Assembly: GCA_013265495.1 (NCBI GenBank)
Contig: MU058687.1
Location: forward strand, 5,144,093-5,208,092
Direction: 5' to 3'
Length of the DNA: 64,000 bases
DNA from: Vicugna vicugna
Lineage: Eukaryota
In this document: positions 12,361 to 23,743 of the stretch, piece by piece
Position numbering within the stretch: position 1 is the first letter of the stretch
Layout of the letters: each line of letters starts with the position of its first letter
Made by a program: the position numbers and the translations under genes
Notes under the pieces: generated by a model
What the model saw: only the letters and a program-made list of their open reading frames with translations
Told to the model about the DNA's origin: nothing
Database searches by the model: none

Positions 12361-12827
12361 GAGATAGGTACACTGAGATGGAAAAAAATAAATATACGGA
12401 TAGAAATAGATTTGCATTTAGACAAATTCAGGTTTTAAAAATATTTTTGATTTTTAAGTATTATCTTTAGACAGATAATACAGGCTTTAAAAATATTTTT
12501 ATTCATAATCACTTGCATAATTTAGGACTACATTCTTTAAAAATCCCAAAGACTACAAATAATAAGGGGAAAGAATCCTTTAATCAGTGGCCACCATCCT
12601 AGTCCTATAGATCCGGCCTTTTATCAGTGCTATGAATTCTTCTGGATCTAGTCCTGCTTTGTGAATTAGAAAACAGGAGATTTAACTTTCTTCACTTTTA
12701 TTTTATTCACTCGACAGTATGTCTTGGAAATAGTCCTATTCCAGTAAGCATAAATCTATTCCTACACACATACACCATTCTATTTCACCACCTAGATCTT
12801 TATTATTTGAAATCTGTTACATCAAGT

Positions 12828-13457
12828 TGAGACAGGAAGGGGGCAGAGCACAGCCATTCAAGGGATGATACAGCAATTAACATCAGAATGGTGAAAGATT
12901 CAACCCCCAGTAGGGCTTGAGGCTCAGGATGATGAGAGACTGAACTGCTAGTAGATCTTGAGCTTCATTATACGCCCATTGTAATATATTAACATGGTGA
13001 ATAACATGCCCACAGGCGCCATGGCAGTCCCAAGGCTAGCCACAAAAGGTCAAAGAGTGGGAAATGGCCAACTTCCTGGGAATCCCAGCCCCTTCCCCAG
13101 GCTACTTAGACTGGTCCTTCCACTCATTAGCATATGAAACCACCAAGCCCATAAAAACCAGCAACAGGGCACTTCATGGCCACATGCTCCCTCTCCTTCC
13201 TCTGAGACAGCCCACATTCTGTCTATGGACTGTATACATACTTTTAATCTGAGCACCCAGCTCCCACACCTTGAGGTCTTTCTCTTGCCTTTCAATGTAT
13301 CTTTCTGAATAAATGTACCTTTACTCAACTGTGGCTCGCTCTTGAATTCCTTCCTGCATGAAGCCAAGGACCCACACTTGGCGGGGCACGTCCCAGGGGC
13401 TCAACTGAAGCCCAGGACACGACCCTCCTCACACCCCATATCTGTTTTCCTTTATCA
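12828..13457 (+). mobile_element. Lineage-specific ERV1-type solo LTR, copy B (same family as 9594-10217)
   Basis: TG...CA termini with TSD AAGT (12824-12827 and 13458-13461). AATAAA at 13308-13313. Confidence 0.9.
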
Positions 13458-13461
13458 AAGT

Positions 13462-14420
13462 TACTCTCAATTTATTCTTTTTCAAAACTCCCTTTACTTT
13501 TTTTCCCATTTATTCTTTGACTTGAATTTTAGACTCAGCTGGCCAAGATAGGTGGAAAATCTTGTGGGGAATTTCAGGGGATTACGCTGAATTTATAAGG
13601 TTGGGAAAAATTAACACCTTTAGGGTGTTGCATCTTTCCATTTATGAACATGTTATATTTCTGTTTTACTTAGGTCTTTTAATCAAATTCTGCAAATTGT
13701 TATAATTTTCTACATATTATTGTACATTTATTTCTAGATTCCTTCCTTGTTTTGTGTACTGTGTTGTTATCAGAAGAAGGTTCTTTAAATCTACTATGTT
13801 TTGCAGGTACATAGGAAAGTTTTAGATTTTTTAATCATTTATCTTTTATCAGGCCACAAGGCTGAACTCTCTTATTCATACTAATAAGAAAACTAGATAA
13901 TTAACTGACAAACTATATAGGTAATCTTATCACTTCACGATAATTTTACTTGTATTTTCAATATGTATAGTTCATGTTCTTTTTTTTATCTTATTAATTT
14001 GGAACTCCACTGCAATACTGAGCATTAAAGGCATTAGCAGGCATCTTTTTTCTAGTTCCTGGCTTTGATGGGGATGTTTCTAGTGATTCATCATTGATCA
14101 TGATACTTGCTATAGCTTACTGGTAGAAGTCTCACATGAAATTTGAGCTATTTCTTAGTTCTCATTTGCTTGGCATGGTCTTTTTTTTCTAATAAAAAAG
14201 AATCAAGTGCTTTCCCATTACCTACTGAAATTATCACACAGTTTTCTTCATTATTTATATACAAAATTACCTTAATAAATTCTAATATTAAACTATTATT
14301 GCATTCCTGAGATAAATGCTACTCAATCAAGTCCTATTATTTTTCAGTACATTACTATGATCTATTAGCAGTATTTCATTTCTGATATGGCACCTCTGTT
14401 CACAAATTAAATTGTTCAAT
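13462..14420 (-). mobile_element. Degraded old L1 (L1ME-like) ORF2 region
   Basis: Antisense L1 motifs 'tctttccatttatgaacatg', 'caggcatctttt..gttcctggctttgatgggga', 'ttgcattcctgagataaa'. Confidence 0.7.
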
Positions 14421-14852
14421 AGTTTTATTTTCTTCTTCTCTCCTTATGTAGACATAAGAGAGGAATACTCTTTTGTCCTTGAAGGTCTAATATTTGAAAA
14501 TATGTCTAGGTACAAGATATTATGTTCGTATGGGATTGTTTGTATGTGTGTGTTTTGTTCTCCCAGTAACAGAGCTTTATCAAAACGAGATAAATTCTTC
14601 TCATCTCTAGCTCCCTGCCATCTGTCTATCAATCATATATTTATCTGTGTATCTACCACTGCAATGTCTATTCTCACCTTCTAAAGCAGTTGCTGAAATT
14701 TCTAGTTCTATCTTCAGTGCCTCTCACTTTTTCTTACTTTTTCTCAGCTTTTTGAGGTAACATAATGACAGTGAATCCTTATAAAGCTTTTTATATACAG
14801 ACCCTGTGCTTAATACTTTATAGATGTTGACTCAATTTAATCTTTAAAAAAG

Positions 14853-15826
14853 TCTTTTTTATTGAAGTGTAGTGGATTGACGATGTTGTGTTAGTTTCAG
14901 GAGTACAGCAAAGTGACTCAGCTAGACATATATATATATATGCATATTCTTTTACAAATTCTTTTCCATTATAGGTTATTATAAGATACTGAGTACAGCT
15001 CCCTGTGATATACAATAGGTCCTTGATATCTATTTTATATATAGTAGTGTATATATGTTAATCCCAAACTCCTAATTTATCCCTTCCCCCCCATTTTTCC
15101 CTTTAGTAACCATAACTTTGTTTTCTGCCTGTGTCTACCTGTTTTGTAAATAAATTTATTTATATCACTTTTTTTAGATACCCCATATAAGTGATAACAT
15201 GGTATTTGTCTTTCTGTTTCTGACTTATTTCACTTAGTATTATAATCTCTAGGTCCATGCTGCAAATGGCATTATTTCATTCATTTTATGGCTGAGTAAT
15301 ATTCCATTGTGTATATATATATGTGTGTGTGTGTGTGTATGACATCACCTTTATACATTCATCTCATGATGGACATTTAGGTTGCTTCCAAATGTCTTGG
15401 CTATTGTAAATAGTGCTGCAATGAACAATGGGATGCGTGTATCTTTTTGAATTACAGTTTTCTCTGAATATATGCCCTGGAGTGGGACTGCAAGATCATA
15501 TGGTAACTCTAGTCTTGTAAGGAACCACCATACTGTCTTCCACAGTGGTTGCACCGATTTACATTCCGCCAACAGTGTAGCTGGTTTCCTTTTTCTCTGC
15601 ACCCTCTCAACCATTTATTATTTGTAGATTTTTTAATGATGGCCATTCTGACTGGTGTGAGGTGATACCTCTATTTTATTTTGATTTGCATTTCTCTAAT
15701 AATTAGCAGTATTGAGCATCTTTTCACATGTCTGTAGGCCATCTGTATGTCTTCTTTGGAAAAATGTCTATTTAGGTCTTCACTTTTTTTTTTTTTTAAT
15801 ATTAAGCTGTATAAGCTGTTCATGTA
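14853..15826 (-). mobile_element. 5'-truncated artiodactyl/camelid L1 (ORF2 C-terminus and 3'UTR)
   Basis: T-tail then 'attgaagtgtagt...gttagtttcaggagtacagcaaagtgactcag'. ORF 15351-15614 gives ORF2-like '[29 protein letters not shown]'. Confidence 0.9.
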
Positions 15827-16129
15827 CTTTAAGTTGCTTTCTTGGGTACAGTTCCCAACTTCTTTAGAAGAAAAACATGTCTTATGTTTTTGGAATTAAT
15901 TTTTTCTCATTTCATTTCTCTGATTTCCCAAAATCTTTCAAGAATTTCTCTAAAGTTCTTGTCCATTAAAAGTTCTCCTTCTTGATTTACATACAGGTTG
16001 TGAATTTTAAAAAGAAAATACATTATCATTTCTAGAGATTTTTTGTGGTATGGAAAAGCTATAGTAGTGCTAAGTCTTTCATTTAGAATATGAATTTTGT
16101 ATCTTTTTAAAATCAAAAATGGGAGTCTG

Positions 16130-16460
16130 CTACTCATATTTTACAAATTGCTTTTTTTAGTGTGTCAATAAAACACAGGCACATTTCTTTAAAAGTAGGT
16201 GTATGTTATTTGAAAACTAAAATAGTATTCTAGATATGAATATACCATATAGGCATTCCCCTATTGATGACCATTTTAGTTTGTTTCAGTTTTTACTATT
16301 ATAAACAATACTACAAAAAGTATCCTCATGCATTTTTGAAATTATTTCTGTAGAATAGATTTTTCAATGTAGATTTGTAATGTCAAAAGGAATATTCACT
16401 AGATGTGGTTTCCAAAGAAATAGAGAATTCTTTCTTCTCCATGTTTTGGTTAACACCCAA
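16130..16460 (-). mobile_element. Degraded L1ME 3' fragment
   Basis: 'ccattcc/cattccctattgatgaccattttagtttgtttcagtttttactattataaacaatactacaa'. Confidence 0.6.
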
Positions 16461-17121
16461 TTGCATTAGCTCAAGGTTCTCATTGTTCTGCCTATTTCAG
16501 TCCAGGGCGTGAAGTGGCCAGGCCCATCATTTGTAAGCATCCTCGCTGAGTAGAGGAATAGCACCAGGACAGAACAGGCTATTCCAAACCATCACTTATT
16601 TATTCCCAGACACTAAAAATACAATATCTGTTAATAAATAAAGATTTTTTTCTTCACTAAAATGTTTACTTGGCAATATGCAGAAAAATAAAATCCTGAA
16701 GTCAAACAAGTAATCTCTAAAGATCCTCAGAAACTTTACATACATCAAGAAACATTTGATCCTTTTCAGCAAAGAGTTCTTTCCTTCCCATCCTAAACTC
16801 TTCTCACTAGACTCAAATCCCAACGTCTGTCTTCATTCAACTTCTAAACATTTCTTACCCCCTGTTCTGGATTTCTTTCCAGCAATTAGCACTTCCAAAT
16901 CCTGTTCCTTTCTTTTATCGTCAAGTTTAAGCTCCAAAAGGCCTGTGTCAGAACAAACATCTGGTAGACCTACCAGAATAACCCTAGGTACAAAGTTACT
17001 AATCTCAGTGAGCTAGTTCATAGCAGGTGGCCAAAATATCACTAGAATTTACTAGAAATGTGCTTTCTGTGTGTGACTTGCTATTTTCCTTAGAAACTAT
17101 AAGAAAGCAAAGATGAAACAT

Positions 17122-17122
<1 letters not shown>

Positions 17123-17170
<48 letters not shown>

Positions 17171-17190
17171 AAGGACAAAGAAAAAGAAAA
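17123..17190 (+). repeat. Poly(A) (33 A) followed by an A-rich (GAAAA)-like tract
   Basis: Directly visible. Confidence 0.95.
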
Positions 17191-17193
17191 CAC

Positions 17194-17752
17194 TGTGGCA
17201 GACTTTATTTTCCCAAAATGTCCACAGCCATGTTTCTAGTCTCACAATCTCAGAAGCTTGACATTTCTTTTCCATCAAAAGGTGAAGTCTAATTTTCACC
17301 CCTTGAATGTAGGTCAGCTGTTGTGACTGCTCAGTAAATAGAATGCAAAAGAAGAGACACTGGGACTTCAGAAGCAGAAAAGGTGATACAGCCTCTATCT
17401 GGCCCTTTCTCTCTAGACACACTTATTTTGGATCCCAGCTAGCATATTTTGTGGAATATCAGGCCACATGGAGAGGCCACCTTCAGTGATCTGGCTGACA
17501 GACCTAGCTCAAGTCCCATCTGATAGCCATTAGTATCAATCACCAGGCACACAAGTGATCAGCCTTCAGACCATGCCAACCCTGAGCCTTCAAAGTGTCT
17601 TCCAGATGAGGCTTCAGATAATATGGGTCAGAAACAAGCCACCCCTCCCGTGCCCTGTTCAAATTCCTGACACACAGGGAATCTTTAATAAATGGCTGCT
17701 TGTGTCACTGAGACTTGGGGGATGTCTTTTATGCAGTAATGGTAGAAAAACC
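17194..17752 (+). mobile_element. MLT1H-like solo LTR
   Basis: Starts 'tgtggcagact.tattttcccaaaatg.ccaca'; 'ggccacatggagaggccac'; AATAAA near 17687; ends 'ttatgcagtaatggtag'. Confidence 0.8.
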
Positions 17753-19974
17753 ACCCTCACCTTTAGAAAAATGGGCAACCTGCCTTGTGCTGTTGAAATA
17801 AACAAACATCAGAGAATATATATGTAAAAGATCAGGTTTGAAAAGGGCTGGACACACTCACACCTCCCATCACCAATGCTAGTTCTAGTGTACAATTAAT
17901 CCTCTTACCAGAGAGGAGGATCAGTAACTATGAATCTTAAAGAATCTCAGGTGGGCATCTTTTTCTGTCCTTGAGCATTTTCTCTGGTCTGTAGTTGGAA
18001 ATGTTTAAAATTGCAAAACATGTGCCTAATGTTTAATTGAACATTGCTCTTCCTATGTTTTAAGGCATTGTCTCCAAAGTTCCTATCTAGTAACTTGTCA
18101 GTCTTGACCCTCCCGTTGCAGACTATACACTCTTTTCTGAGATTTATTTCTCTTCCTTGGCACCTGCATTTCCTCATTGTTAGGTCTGGTAGAGTTGGAT
18201 GAGAATTAATAATTTATTCATTTGGAAGGAATTGATAAGTTTATTATTTAGCAAGTATATTTCAGAATGCCTTAGGCTCATCTATTAATGATTCTTTCTC
18301 CTTCAGCTTGTGAAAAAGCAGTAAGGGCTTTACCCAAGCCTCTTATTAGAGGTCAACTCTGCAAAGAGAAATCAAATTGGTTAAGACCTGGTTTTGTTTT
18401 TAGTTTTACTGGGCAAGACTCTTTCCTTGAACTAAAAACTGGATGCAACAGCTAATGGGAAATTCTCTCTCTTTCTGATGTGCAGAATAGTTACACAGTT
18501 GTGTGTATGGTTTGTATTCAAAGATTAAAGCCCACGTTCATTTATGGTGTCTCCAAATCTGTTTTGGGAATGAAATTTAGTGCTTAAAAAATTTACACTG
18601 TAGCTAGCTCTAACACAATTGCTATCTGACTACATTTATAACCCCTGCCATACCATTTAGGAATAAAATAATGAAATCTCAAGAGAATTAATTTAATGTC
18701 CTCAGAGGAATTTCCTACGTCTGGTTTTTTGGTTTTTTTTTTTCCCCCCTTCTTTAATTACTCAGCATAGCCATGTGGGAGAAGGAAGGAAAAAGACTTG
18801 GGAAACTTGATTCTGCTCTGTTGCTGGGATTGGATCTAAAGCAGCTAAGAGGTTCCCTTTTCCGGGTTCCTCTGATGGAAAACTTTATTCCAATGTTGGT
18901 CCTTTATTTTCATAGGTGAGACATAGTTAATGGCGTGCGGCTCCTGATTTGGAAGATGAATATGTTAGAGGTGTTAAGATCAAGTAATAATTTAAATTGT
19001 GTTGGATTAAATAGTCTAGTGTTACTTTTAAGTCACTACCCTATAAGTAAAAATTGCCAAAAGTGATTACAAATGGGAAATATATGGCATTGATACTCTA
19101 CTCTTTGTGTATTGAAAACCAGATATGTTTACTACCACCAGCTACTTTGTATATGGCCTGGGTATGTATGTTTGTATATGTATGCAGTTTATAAAATGAA
19201 ACAAAGAGGTACATTGTATGAGAGAAATTTCATAATAAGAGGAAAAACTTTTACCCCTGGGGTTATTGATAACCTTCTTTCTAGTCCACTTTGGGATATT
19301 TCCTTTAGATAGTTGTTGAGCGAAGAAGGTGGGACAGAGCCCATCCAAAATAAGATGTCACACCGCTTCTTCCATCCCTTTAGAAGTAGACTGTTACAAG
19401 CTTCTCATCTTAACCTTTTTGGCAGTTTCCAACTTTCCTCCTGTTGTCATGACACAACCTTGTACATGAGAGACCTCTGAACATAGTGGACATTGCTAAA
19501 CATCTTCACCTACTATGAGCTAAAATATAGGTGGCTAAAAATATGTACGGTGCTCACATGAAATGTGTTTTTGGTTTAAACTAGGGGGCTCTTAATCTGG
19601 GTTAAGCTTCATATTCTAGCCCATGAAAGGAATTTTCAAGGTGTATTTATTAGGCAGTTAATCTAGTGCTTTCTAGTCCTTGAGGAAGAATGCTTGAAGT
19701 GGCTATAATTTTTCTCTTTATCTTTATGCACCGCTATAAAATATTATCCACCCAGTCAACATTTAACTGTGATCTATGATGTGTGACCAAATCTATGGGT
19801 GAAGTTATCTGTTCTTGCAAAAAAATAAGCGTATGCATATTTTGGAGATAATTAGATTATATTCCACAGGCATAGTTATTTTTCTTTTAAATAACTCAGG
19901 GTATTATTCTTAGACATTCAGGGGAGCACGTCTTTCTGGCACGTTTTCCTTTAACAGCAATAACCACCATTAGT

Positions 19975-20210
19975 GCTACTATCATCACAGTCTTTGTCGA
20001 TAGCTACCAGGTATCAGACACTACTCTAGATGTTGAACATATGTTGTCTTCTTCACTTTGTTAAGTAGAAATTAGCCCTGTTTTACAGAAGAGGAAATCA
20101 CAGTCATGTGCAGTGGAAATAGCAAAATTACTGGTGTCAGATTTGGACTCGTTCTGCGCCACTTTGGAGCTGTATTATGATGGTATAAATCTTTGAAATT
20201 TTTTGAATCT
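19975..20210. mobile_element. Two adjacent MIR fragments in opposite orientation
   Basis: 'ccctgttttacagaagaggaaa' (antisense core), then 'gtgcagtggaaatagca...tggtgtcaga' (sense head). Confidence 0.5.
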
Positions 20211-22730
20211 CAGTATAATAAAATATAAACATGTTTTATTTGAGGCAACCATGAAGCAAAAAGCAAATGAAAAGAGAAACAAAAAGCAAGAAAACAAAAA
20301 TAAGCAAATTAAACAGATAACTAAACTTTAAAGACTTTTTTTTTTTTGCACTTGAGGTGCCTAAACTGCTGTAAAAAATGACCAACAATTATGTCAACCA
20401 GGTGAACTTTGATTTCTGATTTTTCTCCCTTGGAGAAATTTGAGTAGAGTAGTCATCCATGCTGATATGCTGAGGCTTTTAATTAACCAAGAAGTGAATT
20501 TTCATTTTTTTATATTTATGTTTAAATTCTAAAATGTCTAAAAATATGCTTTTTATCTTCACTTTCAGCTTTCTAAAAATTATGACTAATTCTGGGGTTA
20601 ATTAACAGTTTTGCTCATTTCACTTGAAATCATTCTTTGATTGAAGAAAACCTAAGTATTAGTTGGACTGGAGTTGATTTTAGGTCATTGAATCTCTTTG
20701 CAGCTTTCCTCTTCAAGTGAAGTTCAAAAGCTGTTAGCTTTTGAACTGGTACCTTTAAACAAAGACATATAATGGACACTAATCCAGAAACAAAGAAAGA
20801 GACACACTGTGGGGTATGCCAGGGAATTTTAAAATCTTACCTGTGAAAACACAATATGCATGTCCAGATTTCCAGGATTAATACATAGTTTGGAAGACAT
20901 CACCCTAGATGTACAATGCTCCTTGCTTAGACCTTGAGTCCTTCCTGTGGACCAGGAGATGAGGAACATTTGAAGCTTCCTCTGGGCAGAAGTGTATGCA
21001 ATACATGCCACTTCTGTTTGCCCATGAGAACTTCCTAAACTAATTTGGCTGGGTGTCTGTGATGCCCTGTGTCCTGGAAAGATGAGTTGTGTGTTGAGAT
21101 GTAATAAATAGCTTACACCACCTTTTCCTTTTCCCCTTTTCCTCTTCTGTTCTCAGATGGTCATAATAATCCAGGGAGAACATTATTTAGTGCTCAGGGT
21201 GTCTTTTTCTTCTGAACACTTCAAAGTGAAACTATCATTAGGCCTGAGTGGCTGTTGTTATTTGCCTCCAAACCCATTGAGCAGATGAGTGGTGACTGTC
21301 TAAGTGGCAAAGGGCTGGACCATTGACAGAATTCTAAACCTGGATTCTGAACCTGTCCCTTGTCACGAGGACAATGACATGGGATAGATTTTATACTAGA
21401 GAGATTCAGTAGGAGCGAGATGTTCCCTTATTGTGGCGGTCATGGTCTGTTCATTCAAAAACTCCACAGGCATTAGCTGAATGCCTACCATTTGCAGTGT
21501 TGGCTCTGAGCCCAGTCGCTCCCTAAGAACTATTCCTTCCAAGGAGACAATAGCCCACACTCAGGAGCAAGTTCTTAACAGCTATGCCTTTAAAGGATAG
21601 AAGTGTGGTTTCACACTAAAGGTTTCCAATTGGAATTAAATTCTGGAAAGGCTTGGGAGTCCAGGACATGGCTAATTCTGCACCCTACAGACAGACACAG
21701 AAGACTTAATTAGAAAAAACTAAACTAGAAACATGATTCACCCAAGTTTGAAATGTCTCAGAGGGAAATGTTTATAATTTCTCATGGAGGCCCAAACACA
21801 GTCTGTTAGAAGTTGCTAGCCTCTTGTTTCCTTGAAATTAAAACAAAATATTCTTTCTTCCCTCTGAACATTTCTCCTCTTGTTGTTTCCTCCTATGTGA
21901 TGTTTCCTCTATCGCATTTATTAATTCAATGTAACTGCAGTATGCAAGTTGATAGGTAAACAATTTCTAAAATGTTGGCCAAGCACTTCCCATTTCTTGG
22001 AGGGTACCTTGATGATTATCTCAGACCCACCAGAATGTCTGCAATTTGTATCACATACAAACTAAGAGTAAGTTCATTTTTGAGGTAAATTATAAAGCTG
22101 AGAAAGCCATATTTAAATAACTCTGAGTGAGTCCCTTTCTTTTGCAATCAATTCTTTAAATTATTTCCCTATGAAAATTTGAGGTATATGAAGACACCAA
22201 GGTTCTCTGACCCCTGGAGCATTAATTATCTGCTTTCCTTTGCCATATACTAAAAGACAGCCATTCGCCTTGGCTTTCTTTCATTTGTCTATTTAAAGAA
22301 TACCTTGACCGCATGCCTTTGACACACTGCACTTCATATCGTGCTCAGACTTTCTTGGTCAAGAGAGCTTGGGTTTTCTCTCTTACAAGACCCATTTATT
22401 TAGAGACAAATTACATGCAATAATCAACTACTGTGGCCTTGGGTGATGAGCACACACTGTTCTGTTCATGTGCATGCCCTTTACCCAGCAAAATTAATTT
22501 TTAATCCATTAATTAAATCATTAGCCCCTTAAGGGCAAACAGCACACCTCTCCTCTCTCTCTCTCTGTCTCTCTCTCGCTGTCTCTTCCATGGCACCTGG
22601 TACAGTGCTATATGCTTTGTGATTGCACCAAAGCCAGGGCGCTGGCATACTTTGAAGACATAGTAATATAATAACAATAAAACCTTCCATTCTCTTTTCT
22701 AGTTTCCTAATCTAAACTCTGTATCTTTCT

Positions 22731-22990
22731 ATCAATCACTCTATGCGCCCCCTTAGCTCCCTTCATTTCAATTATATTCTTCCCGTAAGAAAATGAACAA
22801 ACCAATGTCAATTTTCAGGTGGCAATCTCATGCATTTCCATGGTTTTATTTACTACGCGTGCGGGTGACAGTCAGCTCGTTCCATCAATCACGGGGGTAA
22901 ATTCCCACGAGCCCCCAAGATGCCTCGATTTATTATCCCTGGACTATTCCCTTTGAGAGATTTATCACAGAAAGGGTGTTTCAGAGAAAC
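22731..22990. promoter_or_regulatory. Candidate enhancer with PBX-HOX and MEIS/PREP motifs
   Basis: TGACAG at 22866-22871; CCATCAATCA (= TGATTGATGG) at 22882-22891; second ATCAATCA at 22731-22738; local CpG cluster in non-repeat DNA. Function is inferred only. Confidence 0.4.
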
Positions 22991-23134
22991 CTAACAATCC
23001 TTGCACTGAGTTCACTCAATCATTCAGACAGTCTAAGGAATCACATTTGTGAAGCCTCCTAATGCATAAAATGATGCACAGAGAGGACCAAAGCTCACAC
23101 TGAACTTGCATTGGTGGGAAAGCCAGGAATTGTA

Positions 23135-23345
23135 GAGATTAAAAATACAGACTTCAGATTCAGTCAGTCTGGGTCCAAATCACAGCTCTCCAATTACTGA
23201 CTGCGTTATGGGGACCAGTTCCTGAATTCCAGTTTCCTTGTACGTAAAAAGAAGTAAGAATGTCTACCTCAGAGGACTGCTGAGAAAATCAAATGAGATA
23301 ATGTTTGTAAAATATGAAACTTAGTCAGGTGTCTGGAGCATGTTG
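23135..23345 (+). mobile_element. MIR SINE
   Basis: 'tctgggtccaaatcacagctctccaattactgactg...cagtttccttg...tctacctcagaggactgctgagaaaatcaaatgagataatg'. Confidence 0.8.
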
Positions 23346-23346
23346 C

Positions 23347-23743
23347 TGTGTGGTCAGGCCACTCAAGGTGGCTGTTCTCCTGCTCTGGGTACATCCCCTG
23401 CTTCACTTACCCCCTGCTCACAAGACTGGCCTTCCTACATACTTGTCCCAGGCCCCAGCTAGTGATTGTTCTTATTCAAAGGGGCGGTGAGGGGCATGCC
23501 CCTCTGCTGGTTTCCCTGACAACAAATGAGCCAACCTGATGTCAGTTCCTCCTGTAACTGCCAACCTCTCCCCGCCCCTGGAGTGAAGTCTGCCACGCTG
23601 TCCTATCCGCTGTCTGCCGCACATGGTGGGGAGTCACTCCAGGACCTTGCTTCAGACATGTAAGCTCCCCATCCATGAAACCCCTGATGTCTTTGTTGAA
23701 GCTGGGCGAGCATAGGCCTCGTAGGCCTGCAGGATGCCCAACA
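23347..23743 (+). mobile_element. Solo LTR (probably ERV-L class), family not named
   Basis: ~400-bp GC-richer island with TG...CA ends ('tgtgtggtcagg...cccaaca'). Imperfect flanking repeat tgttgc/ttttgc. Confidence 0.6.

Noticed and set aside
9594..13457. Provirus bounded by two LTRs
   Set aside because: Each LTR has its own distinct TSD, and the spacer holds older host repeats with no gag/pol/env.
20829..21035. Possible minus-strand exon (CAG|GTAAG donor at 20841, 60-aa ORF)
   Set aside because: Weak acceptor, no protein similarity; such donors occur often by chance.
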